Shown here in pieces: positions 29,675 to 41,511 of a stretch of 64,000 bases of DNA. This stretch comes from Escherichia phage vB_EcoM_MM02, in the sequence record MK373784.1. The stretch is one strand, 5' to 3'. Each line of letters starts with the position of its first letter. The first letter of the stretch is position 1. The position numbers and the translations under genes are program-made. Under the pieces are notes generated by a model. It saw nothing but the letters and a program-made list of their open reading frames with translations. It searched no databases and was not told the origin of the DNA.

Positions 29675-30666
29675 TATTGAACCTTATTAATATAAGTTAA
29701 CAGCTCTTTAGTTTGTTCCCAACTGATGCACGCATCGGTAACGGAAACGCCATAGGACATATTATCAGAAATTTTTTGATTTCCTTCATGTAGGAATGAT
29801 TCTATCATAATTCCTTTGACCAAATCATTAGCTGCTAAATTTTTACCAATACCAATTTGATTGCTATAATGTCCATCAGCGTTTGCATGGCTACAGTCAA
29901 CCATTACATAATGATTCAGACCTACTGCACTTGCTTTGTTAGAAGCTTCTTGAATATCAGAAGAATGATAGTTCGGGCCGTTGGTCCCGCCACGCAATAC
30001 GATATGCGTATTCTGATTACCTTCAGCTTCAACAATGCCTACAGTACCATCGACGTCCATACCCATATACCGATGAGGCCAGGCGGCACTATACATCGCG
30101 TCTGTAGCTACTTTAATAGAACCATTGGTTGCGTTCTTGAAGCCTACGCACATCGGTAGACCTGAAGCAATTTCACGATGTGTCTGACTTTCAGTCGTAC
30201 GGGCGCCAATAGCAACCCATGAGAAAATACCAGAAAGATACTTAATCGTGAATGGGTCTAATACTTCAGTTGCTAATGGAAGTCCCATACGTAGAAGTTT
30301 ACGACACAATGTTCGTGCAACTATAAGACCGTGGTTCATATCAAAACTTCCGTCAAGATATGGATCATTTACAAGACCTTTCCAACCTACGGTAGTTCGA
30401 GGCTTTTCAAAATAAACGCGCATCACTAACAGAACATTAGGAAGACGAGTTTGAAGTTCAGCCAGACGTTTGCCGTATTCAACAGCAGCAATAGGGTCAT
30501 GAATTGAACAAGGACCTACAACAATAAGTTTGCGTGGGTCTTCACCATTCATAATCGAATTAACTTGTTCGCGATGAGAAGCCACTTGTGATGCGTAAGC
30601 TTCCGACAAAGGAATAATCTCGGCCAGTTCTTTTGGAGAAATAAGTTTTCCGACGACAGGTAACAT
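29674..30666 (-). CDS. 3-deoxy-D-arabino-heptulosonate 7-phosphate (DAHP) synthase, class I (AroG/F/H-like)
   Basis: 330 aa; VVGPCSIHDP, RVYFEKPRTTVGWKGL, GARTTESQTHRE, VMIESFLHEGNQ align along E. coli AroG; stop overlaps cd ATG. Confidence 0.85.
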   Translation of the reverse strand: MLPVVGKLISPKELAEIIPLSEAYASQVASHREQVNSIMNGEDPRKLIVVGPCSIHDPIAAVEYGKRLAELQTRLPNVLLVMRVYFEKPRTTVGWKGLVNDPYLDGSFDMNHGLIVARTLCRKLLRMGLPLATEVLDPFTIKYLSGIFSWVAIGARTTESQTHREIASGLPMCVGFKNATNGSIKVATDAMYSAAWPHRYMGMDVDGTVGIVEAEGNQNTHIVLRGGTNGPNYHSSDIQEASNKASAVGLNHYVMVDCSHANADGHYSNQIGIGKNLAANDLVKGIMIESFLHEGNQKISDNMSYGVSVTDACISWEQTKELLTYINKVQ

Positions 30667-30674
30667 AACAATCC

Positions 30675-30863
30675 TTAGGAGATATAAACAGATTCTGATT
30701 CAACAATACCTTTAACCGGATTAGACAGGCTAAGTTGGTAGTGCTCAGATTTATGACCATTCTCGATAGTAATGAGATAGCTCTCATTATAGTGTTCCAT
30801 ATACTCGAGTTGCTTCAACAAGACCATCACTGCATAATTTAAGATTAGTAATTTGGTCACCAT
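30675..30863 (-). CDS. possible small ORF (start uncertain)
   Basis: Overlaps 30787-31023 ORF by ~77 bp; internal ATGs at 30827/30800 lack good SD. Confidence 0.2.
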   Translation of the reverse strand: MVTKLLILNYAVMVLLKQLEYMEHYNESYLITIENGHKSEHYQLSLSNPVKGIVESESVYIS

Positions 30864-31023
30864 CTTTAGGATTAACGATTATGAGAAAAGAACGTGGAGA
30901 TTCTTGAATAACTCGTAATGTTGCATCTTGGAAACGTTCAGACACTTTATTGATGAGTGCTTGAGCAAATTCTTTTACTTTAATCTGAAATTCGTGTACT
31001 GTAATTGGGTTTTCACTTAGCAT
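30787..31023 (-). CDS. hypothetical protein, 78 aa
   Basis: ATG ORF with early promoter upstream (~31052-31081). Confidence 0.45.
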   Translation of the reverse strand: MLSENPITVHEFQIKVKEFAQALINKVSERFQDATLRVIQESPRSFLIIVNPKDGDQITNLKLCSDGLVEATRVYGTL

Positions 31024-31043
31024 TTCTATTTCCTCATTTGTTG

Positions 31044-31081
31044 GTAGAGTTATAGTATCACAACTCTACCATGTTGTAAAC
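31044..31081 (-). promoter_or_regulatory. early promoter with 8-bp inverted repeat
   Basis: GTTTAC -35; arms GTAGAGTT / AACTCTAC around the -10 region. Confidence 0.45.
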
Positions 31082-31083
31082 CA

Positions 31084-31359
31084 TTAAATTGCTTTGCATT
31101 CAATTTTTTGTGTACCGAAATTGATATCACATTGGATAACTAAATCGCCGTCAAGATCAAATACCACTATGACGTGTGCAGACCCAGGGAGAAGAGTAAT
31201 AGCAATAGAATCTACTTGGCCTGGGAGCAAAGCATTGAGTACATGAGTTAGTTGAGCATGAACTCTGAGTTCGGCTGCATTATCAAGCACTTCAAACATA
31301 TTATTAGCAATAATCTGACTGAAGACTACCTTTACAATTTCAGAATAAGTTGGGAACAT
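31084..31359 (-). CDS. hypothetical protein, 91 aa
   Basis: ATG ORF in cd-pseT interval. Confidence 0.45.
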   Translation of the reverse strand: MFPTYSEIVKVVFSQIIANNMFEVLDNAAELRVHAQLTHVLNALLPGQVDSIAITLLPGSAHVIVVFDLDGDLVIQCDINFGTQKIECKAI

Positions 31360-31366
31360 AATTACC

Positions 31367-31591
31367 TCAGTGTACAGTATTTACTTTAACTCGAACAACA
31401 AATCGCTCGGTCGGTTCACCTACAGGAACAAACTCTACATGATATTCGCCTTTGTAACGAGTATTCAGATCATTACGAATTTCGGTAAGCTTGTTGATTA
31501 ATGTAGAACTCATATTAAGTCCCACTAGTTTACGAAGCATTTTGTATGCTTCATCTTCGATTTCATGATGTTTATCGTACATAGTTTTCAT
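31367..31591 (-). CDS. hypothetical protein, 74 aa
   Basis: ATG ORF in cd-pseT interval. Confidence 0.45.
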   Translation of the reverse strand: MKTMYDKHHEIEDEAYKMLRKLVGLNMSSTLINKLTEIRNDLNTRYKGEYHVEFVPVGEPTERFVVRVKVNTVH

Positions 31592-31763
31592 TTAACCATT
31601 CAATTGCCTGGTCGACGTTATCAAATATACCACCGTCCAAACGTTCTTCATGCTCATAGTCCAGCACATCAATACCGAACTGTCCATTTACTAAAGGCCA
31701 GGCTACAAACAAATATTCTTTATGCTGTTCGATGGCCTCAATCACTTCATATAATCGTTTCAT
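31572..31763 (-). CDS. hypothetical protein, 63 aa
   Basis: ATG ORF directly downstream of pseT. Confidence 0.4.
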   Translation of the reverse strand: MKRLYEVIEAIEQHKEYLFVAWPLVNGQFGIDVLDYEHEERLDGGIFDNVDQAIEWLNENYVR

Positions 31764-32850
<1,087 letters not shown>

Positions 32851-32851
<1 letters not shown>

Positions 32852-33150
32852 TATTTTATTCCTAAGAAAGTTTCAAGAATATGAATGTTGTGCTCGCGCC
32901 GGTCTTTATTAATTTCAGCAACGTTTTTATTAATTGACGTACTTCTAACGTTTGAAGAAATAAATTTAATCATATGACTTTTGAGTTGTTGCAAATCCAA
33001 CCCTTTTTCTTTAGCAGCTTTACGAAGAGCTTTACCTGCTTCATCTAGTGCCTTTGCTGCATCTTCATCATAATTGTCAAGTGACATTCCACGACAGATA
33101 TCAATATACTCATCAGAACGTTTGATGTAATTCTCTAGTAATGTTTTCAT
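32851..33150 (-). CDS. hypothetical protein, 99 aa
   Basis: ATG 33148-33150, SD GAGGAAA, early promoter upstream. Confidence 0.45.
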
Positions 33151-33175
33151 TTAGATTTCCTCAATTATCCAACGA

Positions 33176-33209
33176 GAGCATTATACTCTGCTCCCAAGAG
33201 TTTGTAAAC
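33176..33209 (-). promoter_or_regulatory. early promoter cassette, family A (TATAAT inside GAGCA/TGCTC inverted repeat)
   Basis: Near-identical to cassette at 61422-61456. Confidence 0.5.
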
Positions 33210-33433
33210 TATTTTACTAAAGATTCAATATACTCATGAAGAGCTTTAGTCGCTACTGCCCACTTGTTTTGGTATTCATTTTTCAGATTAGCACGAGACT
33301 GAACTAACAAGCGGTCATTAGTCGGAGGCAAAGATTCTAATCGTTGAATCTGGCGTCCATAAATCATAGCCGCCATTTCAGATTCATAGATAAGCCCTTT
33401 AAGGTACTCGTGTTGTTCTTTAGTCATTGACAT
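33209..33433 (-). CDS. hypothetical protein, 74 aa
   Basis: ATG ORF downstream of spanin pair. Confidence 0.45.
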   Translation of the reverse strand: MSMTKEQHEYLKGLIYESEMAAMIYGRQIQRLESLPPTNDRLLVQSRANLKNEYQNKWAVATKALHEYIESLVK

Positions 33434-33714
33434 TTTTCCTCTTTTAAACCACTACGATAATAACATAACATAGTCTTCTGGTCATGTACATATCTTTTTA
33501 CGTCGTTTAACCAGATACGAAATTCTTGAGAGTCTTCAAATGGCATTCCAACCCACGGATTACCATCAATAACCTTTACTTGCCATTTCTGGTTGTATTC
33601 GGAAATAGGCGTAGGCCATGAAGGATGTAAAGTTTCTTTAGGGCTTACTGGCACATCCTGAGTACATCCAACTAGGAGACCAATAGATAATACAGCCACA
33701 GTTAATTTAATCAT
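33424..33714 (-). CDS. outer-membrane spanin (o-spanin) lipoprotein, pseT.2-like
   Basis: 96 aa; signal peptide with lipobox LLVGC; directly downstream of i-spanin candidate. Confidence 0.6.
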   Translation of the reverse strand: MIKLTVAVLSIGLLVGCTQDVPVSPKETLHPSWPTPISEYNQKWQVKVIDGNPWVGMPFEDSQEFRIWLNDVKRYVHDQKTMLCYYRSGLKEEKCQ

Positions 33715-34067
33715 TCTGAGAGCTTCCTGAGGTCTTCTGCAAAGGAATCGAAGGACCTGTTGATTTGTTTTTCGACCAATCCTGGCTTACTTGCCACCAC
33801 GTTCTTCTTCTTCGAATCCTGACGGAGCTTTTCATTTTCAGCCTTAAGTTGGTCAACTAAAACACGGTTCTTATAAGTCATTTCTTCGATTGACTGATAT
33901 TGAATCTTGAAGTCGTCTAATACTTTAGCATTGTTTTTAGCAGTCTCTTTAACAGAAGCCAATTCAGTATTCAGCGAATCGACTTTATGGTTCAGAAATG
34001 CTATTGTTACAGTAGCAACAACTGCAAAAGCTGCCACTACAATATATGATGCATTTACTTTAAGCAT
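33711..34067 (-). CDS. inner-membrane spanin (i-spanin), pseT.3-like
   Basis: 118 aa; N-terminal TM helix (IVVAAFAVVATVTIAFL) then coiled-coil region. Confidence 0.6.
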   Translation of the reverse strand: MLKVNASYIVVAAFAVVATVTIAFLNHKVDSLNTELASVKETAKNNAKVLDDFKIQYQSIEEMTYKNRVLVDQLKAENEKLRQDSKKKNVVASKPGLVEKQINRSFDSFAEDLRKLSE

Positions 34068-34555
34068 GTTTGAATAATCTCAATGATTTCGTCTCGGGAT
34101 AATCCATTGATAAGAACTGTTTTAGGCCCGTCAGTTTGGATTTTGTATGATTCAAACAATACACACAACTCTTCTGCTGTATGATATGGACTTGAAATTC
34201 CGAGACGGTTGAATTTGTCGGTAAGAGGGTCGCAAATAATGTAGAATTTTATACCTGCGATATGTACGTTTGGTTGACTAATGTTAATGAACACATTAGC
34301 GTCATATTTAGTCAAATTGTTTTGAAGAAATTCTACCATGGCATTAACTGCTTCCGGCATCGCTTCGCGTTTCTCTTCAGCGTATCGGGTTGAATACTCT
34401 TTTTGTTTTACTTTCTTTTTAAGATTTTTGGCCAGTGTAACACGGAGGTCAGTAAGATAACCAACTGGACGGCCTTTCTTAAAGACTCGGATTCCGTCAG
34501 TTGTGTCTCCAAAAGCGGTTACGACCATATCATTAGTAATCAATTGCATATTCAT
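34055..34555 (-). CDS. alc: Alc-like protein (transcription inhibitor on cytosine DNA)
   Basis: Position between spanins and rnlA; trimmed to ATG 34553-34555 with SD GAGGAG gives 166 aa; ORF-track start 34618 lies inside the promoter. Confidence 0.55.
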   Translation of the reverse strand: MNMQLITNDMVVTAFGDTTDGIRVFKKGRPVGYLTDLRVTLAKNLKKKVKQKEYSTRYAEEKREAMPEAVNAMVEFLQNNLTKYDANVFINISQPNVHIAGIKFYIICDPLTDKFNRLGISSPYHTAEELCVLFESYKIQTDGPKTVLINGLSRDEIIEIIQTCLK

Positions 34556-34585
34556 AATTTTCTCCTCGTGTTGTTGATAAAAGCC

Positions 34586-34615
34586 ATAGTAACACCATCC
34601 TTGGTGTTTGTAAAC
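34586..34615 (-). promoter_or_regulatory. early promoter upstream of alc
   Basis: GTTTAC -35 at 34610-34615; -10 TACTAT. Confidence 0.45.
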
Positions 34616-34617
34616 CA

Positions 34618-35751
<1,134 letters not shown>

Positions 35752-35797
35752 TCAGTTAGTTTTTTTAAATTGTACCACAATCCTTGTGGTATGTAAA

Positions 35798-36208
35798 CTA
35801 CTTTTTCTTATGTTGGATATTCCAAGGCGGGTTGAACTTTTTGATAAAAAGCGGTTCTTCAAGGTCCATTGTTGCGATGGTCATTGAACCAAGTTCGTTG
35901 GTGACTGAAAGGTCAAAACATTGGCGGGCCCAGAATTCAACCTTTTTGCCTTGCATTAAGGCATCCAAAATCATAAGTGATTTTCTTGAATCTGAAGTCT
36001 GGTCTTTTCGATTTATGGCTGTTCGATAATAGTTAATGCGTTTCTTTAAATTCTTGGTTTTACCAATATACACAAGTTCGTCATCTATAGCAATAACATA
36101 TATGACATTTTTCTTATTAGGGACATCAACTGTTTTAATTGTTGCATCTTCTAATAGCTCCAATTCTGTATATTTAATAAAGGAATATTCGGCGGCGATA
36201 TCTTTCAT
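35798..36208 (-). CDS. denA: endonuclease II (GIY-YIG)
   Basis: 136 aa; GIY-YIG-like VIYVIAID...LVYIGKTKNLKKRINYY. Confidence 0.8.
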   Translation of the reverse strand: MKDIAAEYSFIKYTELELLEDATIKTVDVPNKKNVIYVIAIDDELVYIGKTKNLKKRINYYRTAINRKDQTSDSRKSLMILDALMQGKKVEFWARQCFDLSVTNELGSMTIATMDLEEPLFIKKFNPPWNIQHKKK

Positions 36209-36216
36209 AATAAAGT

Positions 36217-36230
36217 GGGACCGAAGTCCC
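36217..36230 (-). promoter_or_regulatory. intercistronic GC hairpin without U-tract between nrdB and denA
   Basis: gggac-cgaa-gtccc immediately upstream of denA start. Confidence 0.4.
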
Positions 36231-36234
36231 GTCC

Positions 36235-37413
36235 TTAGAAATATTTTTTGTATGAATTGATTACATTTTGGTCTACATCATTATCAATTTGTGCGACAAG
36301 ATAAGAACTGATTTCAACTTCTTGTGGGGCTGCTTGAACCAAATCAGAGTTCAAATACTCACGAATCCATGGAATAGGATGACGAGTTGATACGTCTTTA
36401 AGAGGACATGGCAGACCACAACTACGCATACGAGACACGGTAAGATAATCCACAAATTCACTTAGGATTTTAACATTTAGACCTGGAAGAGCACCATCTT
36501 TAAACAAGTGTTCAGCCCATTCTTTTTCTTGAGCGTTAACTTCCATGAAAATATCAACTGCTTCTTGTTCACACTCTTGAGCAATTTTGACCCATTCATC
36601 ACTGTCTTCGCCATCTTGTAAAGCACGAATAATATATTGAGTACCCTTGAGGTGGAGTTGTTCGTCACGAGCAATGAACTTCATAATCTTTGCATTGCCT
36701 TCCATAATTTCCATATTTTTATGGAAGTTAAAGGTACATGCAAATGATACGTAAAAACGAATAGCTTCTAAGGCATTAATAACGTGCAAACAGAGGTAAA
36801 GAGATTTCATTAGCTCACGCTTCCAATATGTCTCATGCTCAATAGCATCTTCAATAACGTCTTCGTCTGCATTAATTTCTTTTTGGTATTCGATATCAGC
36901 TTTAGCGTTTTCCCAATAACGAGCTTTAACCAGAACATCATCATAATATCGTCCGATAGATTCGGCACGCTTCATAATAGCTTCATCTAATACAATCTCA
37001 TCAAACACCTTCGATGGATCTGTATAAAGATTTCGCATAATATGAGTATATGAACGAGAGTGAATAGTTTCACTGAAAGTCCATGTAGCAACCCATGTAT
37101 CTAATGAAGGGTCTGAAAGCAATGACATAAGTACCGCAGATGGTGCTCTACCTTGGATAGAATCTAATAATGATTGATACTTAAGGTTGTTGGTAAAGAT
37201 GTCCTGTTGGAACTGTGGAAGCTTATTAAACTGGGCCGAATCCAACATCAAGTTTACTTCCTCGGGACGCCAAAAGAACGAGAGCTGCTTTTCGATAAGC
37301 TCTTCAAAAACTTTATGACGCTGAATATCATACCGTGCGAGGCCAAGACCAGAACCAAAGAACATCGGTTCATTCAAAACATCGACTTGTTGTGTGTTAA
37401 AAACTGTACTCAT
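36235..37413 (-). CDS. nrdB: ribonucleotide reductase small subunit, uninterrupted
   Basis: ORF track starts at GTG 37425; ATG 37411-37413 gives MSTVFNT..., matching the T4 NrdB N-terminus from memory. Confidence 0.9.
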   Translation of the reverse strand: MSTVFNTQQVDVLNEPMFFGSGLGLARYDIQRHKVFEELIEKQLSFFWRPEEVNLMLDSAQFNKLPQFQQDIFTNNLKYQSLLDSIQGRAPSAVLMSLLSDPSLDTWVATWTFSETIHSRSYTHIMRNLYTDPSKVFDEIVLDEAIMKRAESIGRYYDDVLVKARYWENAKADIEYQKEINADEDVIEDAIEHETYWKRELMKSLYLCLHVINALEAIRFYVSFACTFNFHKNMEIMEGNAKIMKFIARDEQLHLKGTQYIIRALQDGEDSDEWVKIAQECEQEAVDIFMEVNAQEKEWAEHLFKDGALPGLNVKILSEFVDYLTVSRMRSCGLPCPLKDVSTRHPIPWIREYLNSDLVQAAPQEVEISSYLVAQIDNDVDQNVINSYKKYF

Positions 37414-37467
37414 TATATTTCTCACTTAGTTATTAACTCATCCATGAGTAAATTATAATAAAAAGTC

Positions 37468-39723
37468 TTAAAGCTTACAAGCAGAACAATCTTCTGCTTT
37501 AGGTGTTTCTAATTCATAGTCGTCTGTACCAGACCCATCACGAGTGTTATGATAGTAGAGGTTTTTTCCGCCAAAGTACCAGAAGTAAAGCAGATCGTCA
37601 AGCATTACTGACATTGGCACTTTACCTTTCTCAAATACTGCAGGGTCATAGTAAGTATTAGCAGAAGCAGATTGGCACACCCATTTCAACATGATAGCAA
37701 CTTGGGTCAAATAAGGTTTATTACCTTTCTTAGCAAGTTTCCACGCGTAGTCGTAAAGACTCATGTTATGTTCGATATTAGGAACAACCTGTCGGAAGTT
37801 GCCTTCTTTAGATTCTTTAATACTTACTGGACCACGTGGTGGCTCAATCCCGTTTGTAGAGTTTGATACTTGACTGCTTGACTCACAAGGCATGAGTGCA
37901 GACAACGTTGAGTTACGAATTCCATGTTCTTTGAGTTCAGCTCGAAGTTCTTCCCAGTCACAGACGTAGTTCGGGGCTGCGATTTGGTCAATCTTTTTAT
38001 TGTACCAGTCGATAGGTAATTCGCCTCTAGACCATTTAGTGTCTGAATAATACTCGCAACATCCTTTTTCTTTGGCGAGTTTGATTGAAGCTTTGATAAG
38101 GCCATATTGCAATCTCTCAAACAATTCATGAGTCAAATCGTTAGCGTCTTCATATGAAGCGAAGTTAGAAGCTAACCATGCGGCATAGTTCGTCACACCA
38201 ACACCGAGGTTTCGACGCTTTTTAGCTTTTAAAGCTTCCGGAACCGGATAATCTTGATAGTCTAGCAGGTTATCAAGTGCACGTACTTGTACTTCAGCAA
38301 GTTCATTAATTTTATCTTGGTCTTGCCAATCAAATTTATCTAATACAAAAGCAGATAATGTGCATAAACCAATTTCAGCATCAGGACCATTCACATCATT
38401 AGTTGGAATAGCGATTTCACAACATAAGTTACTCTGACGAATTGGAGCTTTTTCACGAATAAACGGAGTGTAGTTATTCGTGTTATCAACAAACTGTGGA
38501 TAAATTCGAGCAGTGCCAGAACGTTCAGTCATGAACAATTCAAAGAGTTCTAGTGCTTTGATTCTTTTCTTTCTGATTGTTGGGTCTTTTTCAGCTTTCT
38601 CATAAAGCTCACGGAATTTATCTTGATCTTCAAAGAACGAGTAGTACAGTTCGCCTGACATTTCGTGAGGGCTAAATAAAGTAATATAATCATTTTTACC
38701 AAGGCGTTCCATCATAAGGTCATTAATCTGAATTCCGTAGTCCATATGTCGAATACGGTTTTCATCCACACCTTTGTTATTTTTCAGAACTAATAGGTTC
38801 TCTACTTCTAAGTGCCACATCGGATAATACGCTGTAGCAGCACCACCACGAATACCACCTTGAGAACAAGATTTTACTGCAGTTTGGAAATGTTTCCAGA
38901 ATGGAATAACACCCGTATGTCGAACTTCACCCATACCGATCTTAGAACCTTCTGCACGAAGCATACCAACGTTGATACCAATACCAGCTCGTTTAGAAAT
39001 ATATTCAATAATTGATGCTGAAGTTTTGTTAATAGATTTTAACGAATCACCGGCTTCAATAACTACACAACTAGAGAACTGGCGAGTTGGAGTACGAGCA
39101 CCTGCCATAATTGGGGTTGGCAATGAAACTTGATGAGTAGAAACGGCATCATAAAAACGAATAATATGTTTCAAACGGTCATGAGTTTCGTCTTGGTGTA
39201 AGGCCATGCCAATAGCCATGATAGCAAACTGGGGAGTTTCATAAATCTTCCCAGTTGTTTTATCTTTAACTAGATATTTTTCTTTAAGCTGCATAGCACC
39301 AGCATAAGTCAGGTCAAAGTCTCGTTCATGTTTAATCTGTGAATCGAGATAAATGATTTCTTCTGCTGAATATTGAGACAACAGCTCAGGGTCATATTTG
39401 CCTTCATTAACACAATAAGAAATATGGTCGATAAAAGCAGGCGGTTCAAACTGCCCATATACATCTTTACGAAGTGCAAACATTAGCCCTTTGGCGGCGA
39501 CATACTGATAATCAGGTTCTTCGACAGAAATCGAGTTAGCTGCAACTTTAATACAAATCTTCTGGATATCTTTGGTGCTCATCCCGTCGACAAGATGGGT
39601 CTTAATTTCTTCGTACAATTCATATGGGTCAATTTGTGTTCCTTCACATTGCCAAGTTAAGACTTGAATAATTTTCTGTGCATCAAAATTTTGGGATACA
39701 CCACTGCTCTTAGTTACTTGCAT
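37468..39723 (-). CDS. nrdA: ribonucleotide reductase large subunit
   Basis: 751 aa; class Ia RNR active-site region (NLCCEI) and C-terminal CSACKL. Confidence 0.9.
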   Translation of the reverse strand: MQVTKSSGVSQNFDAQKIIQVLTWQCEGTQIDPYELYEEIKTHLVDGMSTKDIQKICIKVAANSISVEEPDYQYVAAKGLMFALRKDVYGQFEPPAFIDHISYCVNEGKYDPELLSQYSAEEIIYLDSQIKHERDFDLTYAGAMQLKEKYLVKDKTTGKIYETPQFAIMAIGMALHQDETHDRLKHIIRFYDAVSTHQVSLPTPIMAGARTPTRQFSSCVVIEAGDSLKSINKTSASIIEYISKRAGIGINVGMLRAEGSKIGMGEVRHTGVIPFWKHFQTAVKSCSQGGIRGGAATAYYPMWHLEVENLLVLKNNKGVDENRIRHMDYGIQINDLMMERLGKNDYITLFSPHEMSGELYYSFFEDQDKFRELYEKAEKDPTIRKKRIKALELFELFMTERSGTARIYPQFVDNTNNYTPFIREKAPIRQSNLCCEIAIPTNDVNGPDAEIGLCTLSAFVLDKFDWQDQDKINELAEVQVRALDNLLDYQDYPVPEALKAKKRRNLGVGVTNYAAWLASNFASYEDANDLTHELFERLQYGLIKASIKLAKEKGCCEYYSDTKWSRGELPIDWYNKKIDQIAAPNYVCDWEELRAELKEHGIRNSTLSALMPCESSSQVSNSTNGIEPPRGPVSIKESKEGNFRQVVPNIEHNMSLYDYAWKLAKKGNKPYLTQVAIMLKWVCQSASANTYYDPAVFEKGKVPMSVMLDDLLYFWYFGGKNLYYHNTRDGSGTDDYELETPKAEDCSACKL

Positions 39724-39810
39724 ATATTCCTCAGTATAGGTTGATAGACATTACTCCAAACGGGATAGTATTTATCCCGTTAATTTATTATACACTTTTA
39801 AACTGAAGCG

Positions 39811-40065
39811 TTAATTATCCTCAGCAATAATTTCTTCGTATTCTTTAGGTGTCAAGACTGTGATATTGAAATAAACCAACGGTTCTTTTTCTATACCGAA
39901 TCCACCACAAAATTCACGATATTCATAAATTCGTTCATGTGAATAACAAATGAATCGTTCACCTTTAACTGTGATTTCACTATTTGGTGAAGGGATATCC
40001 AGTTCACTTGGATTTTTCATTTCAAAAATTGTGGTGCCATATGAATTAATAAAACGTAAAATCAT
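39811..40065 (-). CDS. hypothetical protein, 84 aa
   Basis: ATG ORF between td and nrdA. Confidence 0.45.
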   Translation of the reverse strand: MILRFINSYGTTIFEMKNPSELDIPSPNSEITVKGERFICYSHERIYEYREFCGGFGIEKEPLVYFNITVLTPKEYEEIIAEDN

Positions 40066-40066
40066 T

Positions 40067-40927
40067 TTATACCGCCATTTTAGCTTTGATAGCTGGATGA
40101 GATTCGTAATTTTTAAGAACGAAATCAGAATGTGTCATCGTTCCAGTAACCCAGTCCATTTGGATTTTTGTAGGCCAATTCTCAAAATTACTAGGCCAAT
40201 TAATTTCAAGAGAACATAACTCTTTAGGTTCACGACGAAGAACTTCTTTGCATTGTTCTACATGATTGCTGTAGATATGCGTGTTGCCGCCTGAGAACAC
40301 TAAATCACCTGGGATAAGGTTACACATCTTCGCTACAATATGCGTCAAGGCAGCGTACGAGGCAATGTTGAATGGCAGGCCCAAGAAAACATCTACACTG
40401 CGTTGATACCATTGTAAATCAAGATGCCCATTACGCACATTAAATTGATAGAACATATGACAAGGAGGAAGAGCCATTTGGTCAATTTCGGCAGGGTTCC
40501 ATGCAGAAACTATTTGACGACGATCATTAGGAAGAGCTTTAATACGGTCGATAGTTTTGACCAATTGGTCTACACCACCAAAATCACGCCATTGCTTACC
40601 ATAAATAGGACCAAGTTCGCCGCTATGATATCCAAGGTCTTTTGCCTGATTTTCATAGTTGTCGTCCCAAATAGTTTTACCTTGAATAAGACTACCATGA
40701 GTACGAATACGCAAATCATTAACATTGGTAGAACCAGACATGAACCACAGTAACTCGGCAATACAAGCTTTCCATGCTAATTTCTTAGTTGTTACTGCAG
40801 GGAATCCTTTAGTCAGATCCCAACGTAATTTAGTTCCGAACAGGGCAATAGTGCCGGTGCCTGTACGGTCGTCTGTTTCGTAGCCATTTTCTAGGATATC
40901 ATTAATCAGGTATTGGTATTGTTTCAT
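40067..40927 (-). CDS. td: thymidylate synthase, uninterrupted
   Basis: 286 aa, same length as T4 Td; ThyA-type segments (LPPCHMFYQF, MALPPCH). Confidence 0.95.
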   Translation of the reverse strand: MKQYQYLINDILENGYETDDRTGTGTIALFGTKLRWDLTKGFPAVTTKKLAWKACIAELLWFMSGSTNVNDLRIRTHGSLIQGKTIWDDNYENQAKDLGYHSGELGPIYGKQWRDFGGVDQLVKTIDRIKALPNDRRQIVSAWNPAEIDQMALPPCHMFYQFNVRNGHLDLQWYQRSVDVFLGLPFNIASYAALTHIVAKMCNLIPGDLVFSGGNTHIYSNHVEQCKEVLRREPKELCSLEINWPSNFENWPTKIQMDWVTGTMTHSDFVLKNYESHPAIKAKMAV

Positions 40928-41511
40928 TTATAAACGCTCTCAGTAATTTCGGTGAGTTCATCGATTCTGTAGTAATGAGATTCTACCATAGAACGTTGAA
41001 GCATAATATCTTGGACGAAATCTTTATCAAGTTGAACATCGGAATTAACACGACATTTCTTAATGATTTTAGTCATCACGATTTCATCGGCATAAGGCAG
41101 TGCTTGTTTAAGTAGAGCAGGACCGCCGATAACAGATACATTAACATGTTCAGTAGAAAGTTTAAACGGTACATCAGTTGCAGGGCTAAACAGGTTAATT
41201 TCACCACCTGTTACCAAGGTAATAAATTCAGATTGGGTGATATAGAACCGTGCAAGTTCATCAGTTTTAGTCCTAGGCAGTTTTCTGGCCATATCAGTGA
41301 CAACCACATGAGTACGATCTGGGAGTAGACGAGGTAATGATGCAAAAGTCTTAGCACCCATAACCATTACAGTGTTTTTAGTGCGAGCAACAAAGTTACT
41401 CATATCTTGTTTGATATGCTTCCATGGAAGTCCATCACCTAATCCAAAAGCATATTCCAGTTTATCATCAACTGTTTTAGATGGTGCGCATGCGAATACT
41501 AATTTAAGCAT
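40924..41511 (-). CDS. frd: dihydrofolate reductase
   Basis: 195 aa; DHFR-like GLGDGLPW; ATGA overlap with td. Confidence 0.9.
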   Translation of the reverse strand: MLKLVFACAPSKTVDDKLEYAFGLGDGLPWKHIKQDMSNFVARTKNTVMVMGAKTFASLPRLLPDRTHVVVTDMARKLPRTKTDELARFYITQSEFITLVTGGEINLFSPATDVPFKLSTEHVNVSVIGGPALLKQALPYADEIVMTKIIKKCRVNSDVQLDKDFVQDIMLQRSMVESHYYRIDELTEITESVYK

